A DNA stretch of 64,000 nt from Lachnospiraceae bacterium UBA4338. Lineage in GTDB: Bacteria; Bacillota; Clostridia; Lachnospirales; Lachnospiraceae. This document shows, piece after piece, positions 28,628 through 38,050 of this stretch. The position numbers and the translations under genes are program-made. The notes beneath the pieces were generated by a model. That model saw nothing but the letters and a program-made list of their open reading frames with translations, was not told the origin of the DNA and ran no database searches. Location: NCBI GenBank assembly GCA_002393735.1, contig DGTK01000017.1, positions 115,544 through 179,543 on the forward strand, given 5' to 3'. Position 1 is the first letter of the stretch. Each line of letters starts with the position of its first letter.

Positions 28628-28897
28628 TATCCAACTATTCGCAAAAGTCTAGTTTAACGAATAGTTGGACATGCAAAGAAGTAGATTGGCTGGCATTGCT
28701 TTTTTAGCATATCCAATTATTCGTTAAACTAGGGGTTTAAATAAAAGAAATTTAATTATTTACTTAGATTGGCTTTGAACCATCTCAATTCTTCGTTAAA
28801 CTATCGTTATTACATAGAATAAAGCATTGCAATGAATTAACTTATTATAATGAATTAAATCAATTATTCTTTAAACTATCGGCACATAGAATAAAGT
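28628..28897. repeat. Degenerate intergenic repeat array, core CAA(C/T)TATTCGTTAAACTA: 4 direct copies and 1 inverted
   Basis: Cores start at 28632 (degenerate), 28714, 28786 and 28861; the inverted copy is at 28649-28669. ACATAGAATAAAG recurs at 28812 and 28884. Confidence 0.75.
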
Positions 28898-28947
28898 CAA
28901 TCAATGAAATATATTTATAGCAAAAGATTTTCGCTAACTGATTTATT

Positions 28948-29610
28948 TTATTCTTTATTCCATCGATTCCATATTGCAGCTGCATTGGATTTAACCAGTA
29001 ATTTGTCTATATCAATTTTAGCCGGGCAAATATCCCTGCATGCAAGTGATTTACCGCAGGAATTATATACGCCTTTCTTGTAATTCTTCTTTAATTCTTT
29101 ATGCTGATCTTTGGATGATTTATCGATTATTCTTGCAAGTGGCGTCATTGCAGCCATTCCGCCGAATTTACCATCCATATAATAATTTGGACAAACCTCT
29201 AAACATAAACCGCATTCAAGGCATCTGGATGCTTCATAAGATATATTTTCGTTTCCATTAATTGAATCTGATTCAAGCCAGACTTTTAGTTCTTTAAGTT
29301 TATCCATTAAAGCCTGACGGTCAACGCGAAGGTCCTGGATTACCGGGAATTTACGTAACGGCTCTATGTTAATTATTTCACAATCCATATCTGCAAGTCT
29401 TGTGTTACATGCCAGTGCCGGCTTTCCATTAATAACCATTGCACAGGCTCCGCATTTCTTTTGAAGGCAGCTGTGTTCCCATATTACAGGTGTTGTTAAA
29501 AGTGCCGTTGCAACTGTGGCATTCTCATTATCAGACTCATATACAAAATTTTCATAATAACTTTCTGAATTACTATTAAGTTGTCTTTTTATATGCAGTA
29601 TTTTCTTCAT
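28948..29610 (-). CDS. sdhB: Succinate dehydrogenase/fumarate reductase iron-sulfur subunit
   Basis: SCLQKKCGAC..AC (2Fe-2S), CLECGLCLEVCP (4Fe-4S), CGKSLACRDICP (3Fe-4S). Confidence 0.85.
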   Translation of the reverse strand: MKKILHIKRQLNSNSESYYENFVYESDNENATVATALLTTPVIWEHSCLQKKCGACAMVINGKPALACNTRLADMDCEIINIEPLRKFPVIQDLRVDRQALMDKLKELKVWLESDSINGNENISYEASRCLECGLCLEVCPNYYMDGKFGGMAAMTPLARIIDKSSKDQHKELKKNYKKGVYNSCGKSLACRDICPAKIDIDKLLVKSNAAAIWNRWNKE

Positions 29611-29612
29611 AA

Positions 29613-31169
29613 TTACTCTATTATTATCTCATTATTTACTAAAGAAACTGTTGTAGGCTTTTTATATGAATCATTACTTTCAGGATAATCTGTCCTGTTG
29701 TGCGCTCCTCTGGATTCTCTTCTGCTTATTGCGCATTCTGTTATGGCTTTGGCAAGATTCAGTCTTGATTTAAATTCAAATGAAGCATTATTTGTTTCGA
29801 TATTTTCAAGTTCGCACAATCCTAAATTAAGTGAAGTTTCATCTCTTAGAATACCCATTGTTTTACTTAGAATATCTGTTAGCATAATATCTTTTGCTTT
29901 TTCATCATCTGTCAAAAAGATATTGCCATTTAAATCATCAGAAAGCTCATTTAAGTCGTTAATATAGTCAAATCTATCAAGTGACTTAATTATGGACTTG
30001 GCGGCTGTTTTGCCCCCATATATTGCTCCAAGAAGGCTGTTGCCACCAAGTCTGTTTGCTCCATGATAAGCTGCAGCGCATTCGCCAGCTGCATAAAGCC
30101 CTTCTATATTGGTTTCGTGGTTTATATCTACCTTAATTCCGCCCATAAAATAATGAATTCCTGGAGCAACTTCAATTAATTCATAAGCAGGATCTTTATG
30201 AAGATAATCGATAATTTCCTGTCTTAAATCTGATAATCTGTTATTCCAGATATCACTGTTTAAACCTGTCATATCCAGATAAGTTGTTTTATTAATTAAA
30301 GCAATTTCTTTGGATACTACATCTCTTGGCATTAAATTGCCACGCTCTCCAAACTTATCTTCCATAAAAGAGACTTTTTTATCGTCATCCAAATAACATA
30401 ATCTTCCGCCCTCTCCTCTTGCGGCTTCAGATATCAGCATTCTTTTATCAGTAATTCTTACTGTTGTTGGATGATACTGAATAAATTCAAGATTGGAAAG
30501 TTTAACACCTGAGTTAAAAAGCATTGCCGTAACAGAACCTGTATTGGAAGTTGTGCCTGTAGTTCTGCCAGGAAACATGCCATTCATACCGCCTGAACAG
30601 ATAATTACAGGTCCTGAATAATTATTATATGTACCTTCATGATTATCATATATTTTAATTCCAATACACTTATTATTATTTACAAGGATTCCTGCAAACT
30701 TATGATGTGTATATCTTTCAATAAGTCCTGAATCCTCATATTTTCTTGTATCATCAATGGATGCGGTGGTAAGGATTTTGCCCGTGCTGCTCATGCAAAA
30801 GCAGGTTCTTCTTTTCTTCTGTCCACCAAACGGCCTTTGAATGATATGACCGTTTTCCATATGCCATGGGACGCCGATTCTTTTCATCTCATCAACAATT
30901 GAAGGAGCTCCTTCGCAAAGACCTTTGACCATGTCCGGATTTGCAATATAACAGCCGCCTTTCATGGTATCTTCATAATGCTGATTAATATCATCGTCCT
31001 CTCCCATCATATTTAAGGCAGCATTAAGTCCGCCTTCAGCTAAGTTGGACTGGGCTCTCTGGGAAACCTGAACCGAGAATAGACGCACATGTATATTATT
31101 TTTTGCCAGTGTTCTGGCGGCAGTCATACCTGCCAGACCTGCGCCAAGAATATTAACGTAAACAGCCAT
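29613..31169 (-). CDS. sdhA: Succinate dehydrogenase/fumarate reductase flavoprotein subunit (covalent-FAD His replaced by Gln)
   Basis: GAGLAG, QYHPT, EAARGEGG, PRDVVS, HYFMGG, HGANRLGGNSL, ESRGAH. Confidence 0.82.
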   Translation of the reverse strand: MAVYVNILGAGLAGMTAARTLAKNNIHVRLFSVQVSQRAQSNLAEGGLNAALNMMGEDDDINQHYEDTMKGGCYIANPDMVKGLCEGAPSIVDEMKRIGVPWHMENGHIIQRPFGGQKKRRTCFCMSSTGKILTTASIDDTRKYEDSGLIERYTHHKFAGILVNNNKCIGIKIYDNHEGTYNNYSGPVIICSGGMNGMFPGRTTGTTSNTGSVTAMLFNSGVKLSNLEFIQYHPTTVRITDKRMLISEAARGEGGRLCYLDDDKKVSFMEDKFGERGNLMPRDVVSKEIALINKTTYLDMTGLNSDIWNNRLSDLRQEIIDYLHKDPAYELIEVAPGIHYFMGGIKVDINHETNIEGLYAAGECAAAYHGANRLGGNSLLGAIYGGKTAAKSIIKSLDRFDYINDLNELSDDLNGNIFLTDDEKAKDIMLTDILSKTMGILRDETSLNLGLCELENIETNNASFEFKSRLNLAKAITECAISRRESRGAHNRTDYPESNDSYKKPTTVSLVNNEIIIE

Positions 31170-31177
31170 TTAAACTC

Positions 31178-31705
31178 CTATAGTAGTGATAAAAAGAAAA
31201 CTAAAAAAGCAACTGCTGATATTAAAAGTATCACGGACAGAACAAAAACTATACTCGTATTTATGGATTCCTTATCAGTCAGGCCCATTGCAATTGTTAA
31301 AGGCTTAATGTTGCCAACCAGATGAATTATCAGCGAAAGAACCATTAGTATTTGAATAAACAAAATTGGAATACTAAAGGTTCCGTGGTTAAAAGCAATT
31401 ACAAAATTAATCATGTGATTAAACATAAATATAAATACCGCAAAACCACTGATTCTTCTTATCCAGAATAACATATTTTCCTTAAAATAATGCTTTCCGG
31501 CCTTTTTGATTGCAACTATTGTTTTGATAGTAAGGATAATTCCGATAATGGAATGAATCAATATTAAAAGAGCCATCAGTGTAGCGATAATATAGATATA
31601 TACAGCTACATTAATAGCCCTAAACATTGCAAGAGAACCAAATATGACATGCAATAAAAACAAAACAAGCATCAATATTGTAATTATTGTATTACATTTA
31701 CGCAT
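31178..31705 (-). CDS. Cytochrome b558-type membrane anchor (SdhC-like)
   Basis: About 5 TM segments, four intramembrane His, RRISG motif; first gene of the sdh-like operon. Confidence 0.7.
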   Translation of the reverse strand: MRKCNTIITILMLVLFLLHVIFGSLAMFRAINVAVYIYIIATLMALLILIHSIIGIILTIKTIVAIKKAGKHYFKENMLFWIRRISGFAVFIFMFNHMINFVIAFNHGTFSIPILFIQILMVLSLIIHLVGNIKPLTIAMGLTDKESINTSIVFVLSVILLISAVAFLVFFLSLL

Positions 31706-31724
31706 TCATTCCCCCTGTTAAATT

Positions 31725-31751
31725 TAAATCCCCGTTTGTGACGAGGATTTA
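31725..31751 (-). terminator. Hairpin / putative terminator after the GGDEF-EAL gene
   Basis: taaatccccgt/acgaggattta inverted repeat; weak T tail. Confidence 0.5.
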
Positions 31752-31758
31752 ATTTATT

Positions 31759-33468
31759 TTATGCATTTAATAATAATTCTTTTGCTTCATTCTCAGGTAA
31801 AGGCTTGCCCCATATGAACCCCTGGATAAAATCACAGTTAATCTTTTTAAGGGTTTCAATCTGGTCCACATCTTCAACACCTTCTGAGATTACTTCGAAG
31901 TTCATTATATGACCGATTGAAATAATTGCTGCAACATACTGTTTGGAAGATTCATTAAGATTCATCTTATCAATAAAGGATTTATCAATCTTAAGTAAGT
32001 CTGCCGGCAGTTTGTTCAAATAACTTAATGATGAATAACCGGTTCCAAAATCATCGATGGCGATTTTGATTCCATAATTCTTAAGTTCATTGATACATTC
32101 AAGTGCTTTTTCTGCTGACTCAATCATAATGGATTCTGTAATTTCGATTTCAAGATGATCTGCAGGGAAATTATTGCGTCCCAGAGTTGAAATGATTTCA
32201 TCAACAAAATCTGCTTTCATTAAATGTCTTACAGAAACATTTACACTTAATGTAAAATCGGCCGGATGATTCTTAAGTATCTCTCCAAAGAAGCTGGTTG
32301 ATTTATCAAATACACTACTGTCTATTCTGTCAATTAAACCAACCTTTTCAGCAACGGGAATAAATGTGCCGGGACTTACAATATTGCCCTCTTCATCCCT
32401 CATTCTGGCTAATGCTTCGAATCCTCTTAAATGGTGATTTACATCAAACTGAGGCTGGAACAAAGCATATATTCTGTCCTCGTCGATTGCTTTTCTGATT
32501 TCTCTTTCAATTTCAAGATTGTTCTCTTCTCTGAGAAGTTCCTGTGTGAAATGACATATATGATTGCTGCTGTTTTTCTTTTTCACATCATACATGGCAA
32601 CATCACTGTAGGAAAGAATTGTATCGGTTTCGGCAGCATCATCGGGATAAATCGCATAACCGAAACTGGCATTAATGAAATAATCATTATCATTAAGAGT
32701 AAATTTATTCTCAAGCACATTCTCATAATGCTTAATTGTTTTAATTATATCATCTTTTGTAGCATATCCTTTGATAATTAAACAGAATTCATCACCGCTT
32801 AATCTTGCAACAAGATCCGTGGTTCCGGATGCTCCCGATTCAGCAACAATCTTCCATCTTTTGGCAATTTCGATAAGAATCTTATTACCATTGCTGTGTC
32901 CCAATGAATCATTAATGCTTTTAAAATTATTAATATCTATTGAAACAACGGCAAAAGGTGCTTTCTTGCTTATTAATGATGAAATATATTCCGTAGCGGC
33001 AAATCTGTTATATATACCGGTTAATCTGTCGGTAACGGCCTGAACGCTGAGACTTTTTTGATATTTTTCTTTCTTGACATCATTGGAATAAATAAGAATA
33101 ATGGCTACAAGAGTCATAAGATTGGTAAAAAGTCCCGGAATACTTGTATATATACCGGCGACAAAAATAGTCATCAATATGGACGGAAACTGAACCAAAA
33201 GAATGGTAAGTGCAGCAGCAAAGCCCTTTCGATGGTAAACAGCCACCATACTTATGATACAGATATTGCCGATTGATGTAAAAATACCGGTGGCGAAAGA
33301 CAAAGGCAGCATCCTGCCGTTAATATTAACCATCAACTCGCTTCTTGATGTAAAAATAACAACAATCTGAGATATAAAATATAAAGCAATAAGAAAAACA
33401 AAGACACTTGTAGGTGACTTTTTTTCTTTAAACAGATTATTTATTTCATTCTGCTGATTACTACCCAT
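31759..33468 (-). CDS. Membrane-anchored GGDEF-EAL protein (c-di-GMP turnover)
   Basis: About 4 N-terminal TMs; DRLTG..NR, FKSINDSLGH, SGDEF; EAL and DDFGTGYSS. Confidence 0.92.
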   Translation of the reverse strand: MGSNQQNEINNLFKEKKSPTSVFVFLIALYFISQIVVIFTSRSELMVNINGRMLPLSFATGIFTSIGNICIISMVAVYHRKGFAAALTILLVQFPSILMTIFVAGIYTSIPGLFTNLMTLVAIILIYSNDVKKEKYQKSLSVQAVTDRLTGIYNRFAATEYISSLISKKAPFAVVSIDINNFKSINDSLGHSNGNKILIEIAKRWKIVAESGASGTTDLVARLSGDEFCLIIKGYATKDDIIKTIKHYENVLENKFTLNDNDYFINASFGYAIYPDDAAETDTILSYSDVAMYDVKKKNSSNHICHFTQELLREENNLEIEREIRKAIDEDRIYALFQPQFDVNHHLRGFEALARMRDEEGNIVSPGTFIPVAEKVGLIDRIDSSVFDKSTSFFGEILKNHPADFTLSVNVSVRHLMKADFVDEIISTLGRNNFPADHLEIEITESIMIESAEKALECINELKNYGIKIAIDDFGTGYSSLSYLNKLPADLLKIDKSFIDKMNLNESSKQYVAAIISIGHIMNFEVISEGVEDVDQIETLKKINCDFIQGFIWGKPLPENEAKELLLNA

Positions 33469-33516
33469 TCCAAACCAAATCCTTTATTTATTTAACTGCA
33501 TCCTTGCATAGATATA

Positions 33517-34920
33517 TTATTTCTTCTCTTTTTTATTAATATGTATCTTTTCCATTCTATCATTTTTGATGGCATAAGGCAATTGAATATACTCATAATT
33601 TATAGTATTTTCATTATTTTCCTCTTTAATATAATCCACATTTATATAATTATCTGACGGTAAATCAAGCTGCTTCTTCTCAAGCCTGTTTTCAATATAG
33701 GTTTTAAAGGCTGCATAAATTACTGCAAAAGCAGGAACGCCGATAATCATACCAGGGACCTTGAAGAATCCGCTGGCTACAATTACTGCAAATAATACCC
33801 AGAAACTTGAAATACCTGTTGATACACCAAGAAGCTTTGGACCTAATATATTTCCGTCAAACTGCTGAAGCACAATAGCGAATATAATAAAGAATAAAGC
33901 ATGGAGTGGATTGACCAAAAGTAAAAGGATAACGCAAGGCACTGCTCCAATTATAGGTCCAAAGAATGGAATTATATTTGTAACACCCACAATTACACTA
34001 AGTAATAACGGGTATTCAAACTTAAATATAAGGCAGCATATAAAGCAGATTACGCCAATAATAAAAGAGTCGACGATTTTGCCAACGATGAAGCCTGAAA
34101 ACTTATTATTAACAATACGAAGATTCTTAATAAATGAATTGGCAGTTTTGACTTCCATAATGCCATATATTACTTTCTTGCACTGACCTGAGAATTTCTC
34201 TTTTTGCATCATTACATAAACGGAAATAATGATACCGATGATGCTGTTTATAAGAATTGATACTACGCTCACAATTGTTGTTGAAGCGCCGGATAAGAAG
34301 TCTTTAGCCTTTGGAAGAATATATTTGGTGGTCACGTTATCAAATACCGATTCGTAATCTCCTATCTTATCCTGGACAAAATCTGTAACTTCCGGATATT
34401 TCCTGATATTTGCAATTACAACATCATTAACCCATTCGTTGAAATTTTCTTTATAAGTGTCAAAGTTTTCTATAATACTGTCAACACTGTCTCTTATCTG
34501 TGGTGTAATTGAGTTGATAAATATGGAAATCAGGCAAATGATTGCAACATAAGTGATAACAATTGATGCCACTCTGATCCATACATTATATCTGTGACCC
34601 TGTACTTTAAGAGGAAGTTTCTCAATTGCACTGATTTCATCAGATGAAGAATATTGTGCTGCGTTGGCTCTGTCTTCCTGCACCTGTTTTCTTAAGAAAA
34701 TTTTAAATAAAATACCATCTAAAATATTAATGACAGGATTTAATAAAAATGCCAGCACAAGACCTATGATAAATGGGAAAAATACGGAAAATATCTTATC
34801 TACAATATTGCTGATACTATTTGGATTATATAATGCATATATAAAAAGAATTGAACAGACAATAACTATAAATGCAGTTACGCCCCAGTACAAATATTTT
34901 TTATCCCATTTAAACTTCAC
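33517..34920 (-). CDS. AI-2E family transporter
   Basis: PFIIG...AFLLNP, NIIPFFGP, QQFDGNILGPK. GTG start at 34920 after GGAGG. Confidence 0.9.
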   Translation of the reverse strand: MKFKWDKKYLYWGVTAFIVIVCSILFIYALYNPNSISNIVDKIFSVFFPFIIGLVLAFLLNPVINILDGILFKIFLRKQVQEDRANAAQYSSSDEISAIEKLPLKVQGHRYNVWIRVASIVITYVAIICLISIFINSITPQIRDSVDSIIENFDTYKENFNEWVNDVVIANIRKYPEVTDFVQDKIGDYESVFDNVTTKYILPKAKDFLSGASTTIVSVVSILINSIIGIIISVYVMMQKEKFSGQCKKVIYGIMEVKTANSFIKNLRIVNNKFSGFIVGKIVDSFIIGVICFICCLIFKFEYPLLLSVIVGVTNIIPFFGPIIGAVPCVILLLLVNPLHALFFIIFAIVLQQFDGNILGPKLLGVSTGISSFWVLFAVIVASGFFKVPGMIIGVPAFAVIYAAFKTYIENRLEKKQLDLPSDNYINVDYIKEENNENTINYEYIQLPYAIKNDRMEKIHINKKEKK

Positions 34921-35051
34921 CTGAATATTCCTCCGATAGTTATACATATTCGTATATACTACAATTATATCACTAAATATTCCTAAAACAAACAATTTGT
35001 ATGTAAATTCAATGGATTATTGTGCTATAATTTAAATAAAAAACAAGGGTT

Positions 35052-35777
35052 ATGATTATGACACTTCAGCAGGTAATGTCCAAAACAAGAAAAGCGATTG
35101 ATGATTATAATATGATTGAAGACGGCGACCGAATTGCCGTTGGAATTTCAGGTGGTAAGGACTCTCTTACTCTTTTGGATGCATTGGCCGGGATGCGGAG
35201 ATTTTACCCAAAAAAGTACGAATTATGCGCGGTTACCGTAGATCTGGGCTTTGATAATCTTAATCTTGATAAAATAAAAGAAATGTGCGATAAGCTTGAA
35301 GTGCCTTATTACATTGCTAAAACTGACATTAAAGAAATTGTTTTTGATGTTCGTAAAGAGGCCAATCCGTGCTCTTTATGTGCCAAGATGAGGAAGGGCG
35401 CATTAAATGATTTAATTAAGGCTAATGGCTGCAATAAGGTTGCATATGCACATCATAAGGATGATGTTATTGATACTCTTTTAATGAGCCTTATGTATGA
35501 AGGAAGAATTAATACCTTTAGTCCGGTTACTTTTCTTGACAGGACTGAAATTACGGTCATCAGGCCGCTTATATATATGAATGAAATTGATGTTATTGGC
35601 TATGTCAGGGCTAATTCTCTTCCGGTTGTTAAGAGTCCATGCCCGGCTGACGGCTATACAAAAAGAGAATATGTGAAAACAATAATTAAAGAAATGCAGA
35701 AAGATTCTCCTGATGTTAAAGACAGGCTCTTTGCTGCAGTTCTTGGTTCAAATATAAAAGGATGGGCTAAAAATTGA
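35052..35777 (+). CDS. ttcA: TtcA-like tRNA 2-thiolation PP-loop protein
   Basis: SGGKDS, CSLCAKMRKG, AHHKDD, IRPL. Confidence 0.85.
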   Translation: MIMTLQQVMSKTRKAIDDYNMIEDGDRIAVGISGGKDSLTLLDALAGMRRFYPKKYELCAVTVDLGFDNLNLDKIKEMCDKLEVPYYIAKTDIKEIVFDVRKEANPCSLCAKMRKGALNDLIKANGCNKVAYAHHKDDVIDTLLMSLMYEGRINTFSPVTFLDRTEITVIRPLIYMNEIDVIGYVRANSLPVVKSPCPADGYTKREYVKTIIKEMQKDSPDVKDRLFAAVLGSNIKGWAKN

Positions 35778-36826
35778 GCACATACCACGACAAACTTATA
35801 AAAGATAATATTGTTAAATTAAGGGAATTAATCGCTGAGCTTCCGGAGTTCTGTAATGATTTTTTCCTGGGAAGGGATCAGCTTATATCCTCTCGTACCA
35901 AAATCGCCTATGCTTATGATTTGGGAGTATTCTTTAAGTTTATTCATGAGAATAAAAAAGGATATAAAGATATGGAGATTACAGATTATCCTCTCTCACT
36001 TCTTGATGATATAACCCGAAATGATATTTTGAGATATATGGAGGATTTATCATTTTACAATAACAAGGATGAGAAGGAAGTCCGTAATGATGAAAGAGGA
36101 AAAGCCAGGAAACTCGCCTCTCTTCGCAGTTTTTACAATTATTATTTCCGTAATGAAATGATTAAATCCAATCCGGCTTCCCTGGTTGAGATGCCAAAGA
36201 TTCATGAAAAGGAAATTGTAAGGCTTGATTTTAATGAAGTTGCCGAACTTCTTGACATGGTTGAAAAAGGCAATAATCTTACCAAGGGGGAAGAAAGATT
36301 TTATAATAAAAATGCCACCAGGGACCTTTGTATCTTAACTTTAATGCTTGGAACCGGAATAAGAGTTTCGGAATGCGTTGGAATTGATTTATCTGATCTT
36401 GATTTAAAAGAGAACAGACTTAAAGTAAGACGAAAAGGTGGAAATGAAAGCATAATATACTTTGGCGACGAAGTACTGGCGGCTTTGGAGGATTATGTAC
36501 TGATACGTGAGGATATGCATCCTCTTGAAGGTCATGAAGATGCTCTCTTTCTTTCCATGCAAAACAAAAGAATGTCAGTAAGAGCTGTTGAAAATATGGT
36601 TACCAAATATACTTCCAAATTGGGAACACTTAAAAGAATTACTCCTCATAAATTAAGAAGTACCTTTGGTACCAATCTTTACAGGGAAACCGGTGATATT
36701 TATATGGTTGCTGATTTCCTTGGACATAAGGATGTTAATACCACAAGAAAGCATTATGCATCCATATCGGATGACAGCAGGCGTAAAGCTATCAGAGGAT
36801 TTAAATTACGAGAAGACGAAGAATGA
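35774..36826 (+). CDS. Tyrosine recombinase, Xer-like housekeeping type
   Basis: RKLASLRSF, GIRVSE, RKGG, HKLR, LGH and catalytic Tyr all present; start overlaps the ttcA stop. Confidence 0.9.
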   Translation: MSTYHDKLIKDNIVKLRELIAELPEFCNDFFLGRDQLISSRTKIAYAYDLGVFFKFIHENKKGYKDMEITDYPLSLLDDITRNDILRYMEDLSFYNNKDEKEVRNDERGKARKLASLRSFYNYYFRNEMIKSNPASLVEMPKIHEKEIVRLDFNEVAELLDMVEKGNNLTKGEERFYNKNATRDLCILTLMLGTGIRVSECVGIDLSDLDLKENRLKVRRKGGNESIIYFGDEVLAALEDYVLIREDMHPLEGHEDALFLSMQNKRMSVRAVENMVTKYTSKLGTLKRITPHKLRSTFGTNLYRETGDIYMVADFLGHKDVNTTRKHYASISDDSRRKAIRGFKLREDEE

Positions 36827-36855
36827 CCGGCATTATCTGCCGGTCATCTTCTTTT
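36823..36855 (+). terminator. Intrinsic terminator
   Basis: atgaccggca/tgccggtcat stem followed by cttctttt. Confidence 0.7.
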
Positions 36856-36912
36856 GCATGTGGTGGAACAATCTGCCCCATAGATAAATATGTGTATTTT
36901 GAAGGTATAAGC

Positions 36913-37209
36913 TTAATTATAATAAGGAATTAATATTGTATCTCCTGAATGGATATCATTAACGTCGTCAATATTATTTATATATTTAACTTCTTTAATA
37001 TATGCCTTTGTACTCTCATATCCCAGTAAATGTTCGTTGGCAATATCCCATAAAGTATCATTATATCCAATGGTATAACTTGTATAATATTTGGTAAGAG
37101 CCTCAGATTCCCTGGCTGAAGCTTTATTACTTATAATAACTGAAGTTGCAATAATAAGAATTAATAATAATGCAATTGCTGCTGCTACTTTGAGAATATT
37201 CTTAAACAT
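36913..37209 (-). CDS. yneA: LysM membrane protein, YneA-like SOS cell division inhibitor
   Basis: N-terminal TM; LysM motif (DTLWDIA...N.I...IHSGD.ILIP); divergent from lexA. Confidence 0.8.
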   Translation of the reverse strand: MFKNILKVAAAIALLLILIIATSVIISNKASARESEALTKYYTSYTIGYNDTLWDIANEHLLGYESTKAYIKEVKYINNIDDVNDIHSGDTILIPYYN

Positions 37210-37229
37210 ATTTCTACCTCCCGTAAATC

Positions 37230-37344
37230 AGAACGAGTGTTCTTTATATTTCACATTATACGAACATATGTTTCAAAAGTCAAGAGAAAATCGAACATAT
37301 TTTCCAAATATATGTTTGCTTTTTTTTTAAACATATGATATTAT
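37230..37344. promoter_or_regulatory. LexA (Cheo) boxes and divergent yneA/lexA promoters
   Basis: GAAC-gagt-GTTC at 37231, GAAC-atat-GTTT at 37262, GAAC-atat-TTTC at 37293. Promoters: TTGACT-17-TATAAT (-, 37255-37283) and TTGCTT-17-TATTAT (+, 37316-37344). Confidence 0.85.
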
Positions 37345-37382
37345 ACATTTAGATACAATTTTGCATCTAAGGAGGTATTTAT

Positions 37383-38000
37383 ATGGCTCAGGGAAAGATA
37401 AGTAATAAACAAAGAGAAATATTAGAATTTATTAAAGGAGAGATTCTTAAGAAAGGCTATCCGCCTGCTGTTCGTGAAATCTGCGAAGCAGTTCATCTTA
37501 AGTCAACCTCTTCTGTTCATGCTCATTTAGAGACACTTGAAAAGAATGGTTATATCAGAAGAGACCCGACAAAGCCTCGTGCAATTGAAATTATTGATGA
37601 TACTTTTTACAGTACCAGAACAGAAATTGCCAATATTCCTATTGTAGGTACTGTTGCTGCCGGCTCTCCTATTCTTGCTACAGAGAATATTGATGGATTT
37701 TTCCCAATGCCGGCAAGCATGGTTCCTAATGGAGAAAGTTTTGTTCTCAAAGTAAAAGGTGACAGCATGATTAATGCGGGAATTTTTAGTGGAGACAGTG
37801 TTTTTGTAGAAAAGAGAAATACTGCTTCCAATGGCGACATGGTTGTTGCTCTGGTTGATGACAGTGCTACCGTTAAGACTTTCTATAAAGAGAATGGTCA
37901 TTACAGACTTCAGCCTGAGAATGATTCCATGGACCCTATAATTGTAGATGATGTAACTATTTTGGGTAAAGTATTTGGAGTATTCAGACTTTGCAGATAA
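37383..38000 (+). CDS. lexA: SOS repressor LexA
   Basis: PPAVREI wHTH, VAAG cleavage site, GDSM serine, TVK lysine. Confidence 0.97.
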   Translation: MAQGKISNKQREILEFIKGEILKKGYPPAVREICEAVHLKSTSSVHAHLETLEKNGYIRRDPTKPRAIEIIDDTFYSTRTEIANIPIVGTVAAGSPILATENIDGFFPMPASMVPNGESFVLKVKGDSMINAGIFSGDSVFVEKRNTASNGDMVVALVDDSATVKTFYKENGHYRLQPENDSMDPIIVDDVTILGKVFGVFRLCR

Positions 38001-38021
38001 TGGAGTAAAGAGCAAACTAAG

Positions 38022-38050
38022 AAAAAGCCGATTATAAGTCGGCTTTTTTT
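38022..38050. terminator. Bidirectional terminator between lexA and yqeK
   Basis: aaaaagccga/tcggcttttt. Confidence 0.85.

Noticed and set aside
28628-28897. CRISPR array
   Set aside because: Repeats are short and degenerate, one is inverted, the spacers share sequence with each other, and no cas genes are present.
34937-34961. Imperfect palindrome upstream of ttcA-xer as a dif candidate
   Set aside because: Needs an indel to pair, lacks the inner ATAA/TTAT, and lies in AT-rich divergent promoter DNA.
35774-36826. Prophage or ICE integrase
   Set aside because: Overlaps ttcA and is flanked by core genes; no att repeats, tRNA or mobile cargo seen.
37527-38015. 162-aa ORF antisense to lexA, and the other short antisense or overlapping ORFs in the track
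   Set aside because: They lie wholly over well-supported genes and have no recognisable motifs.
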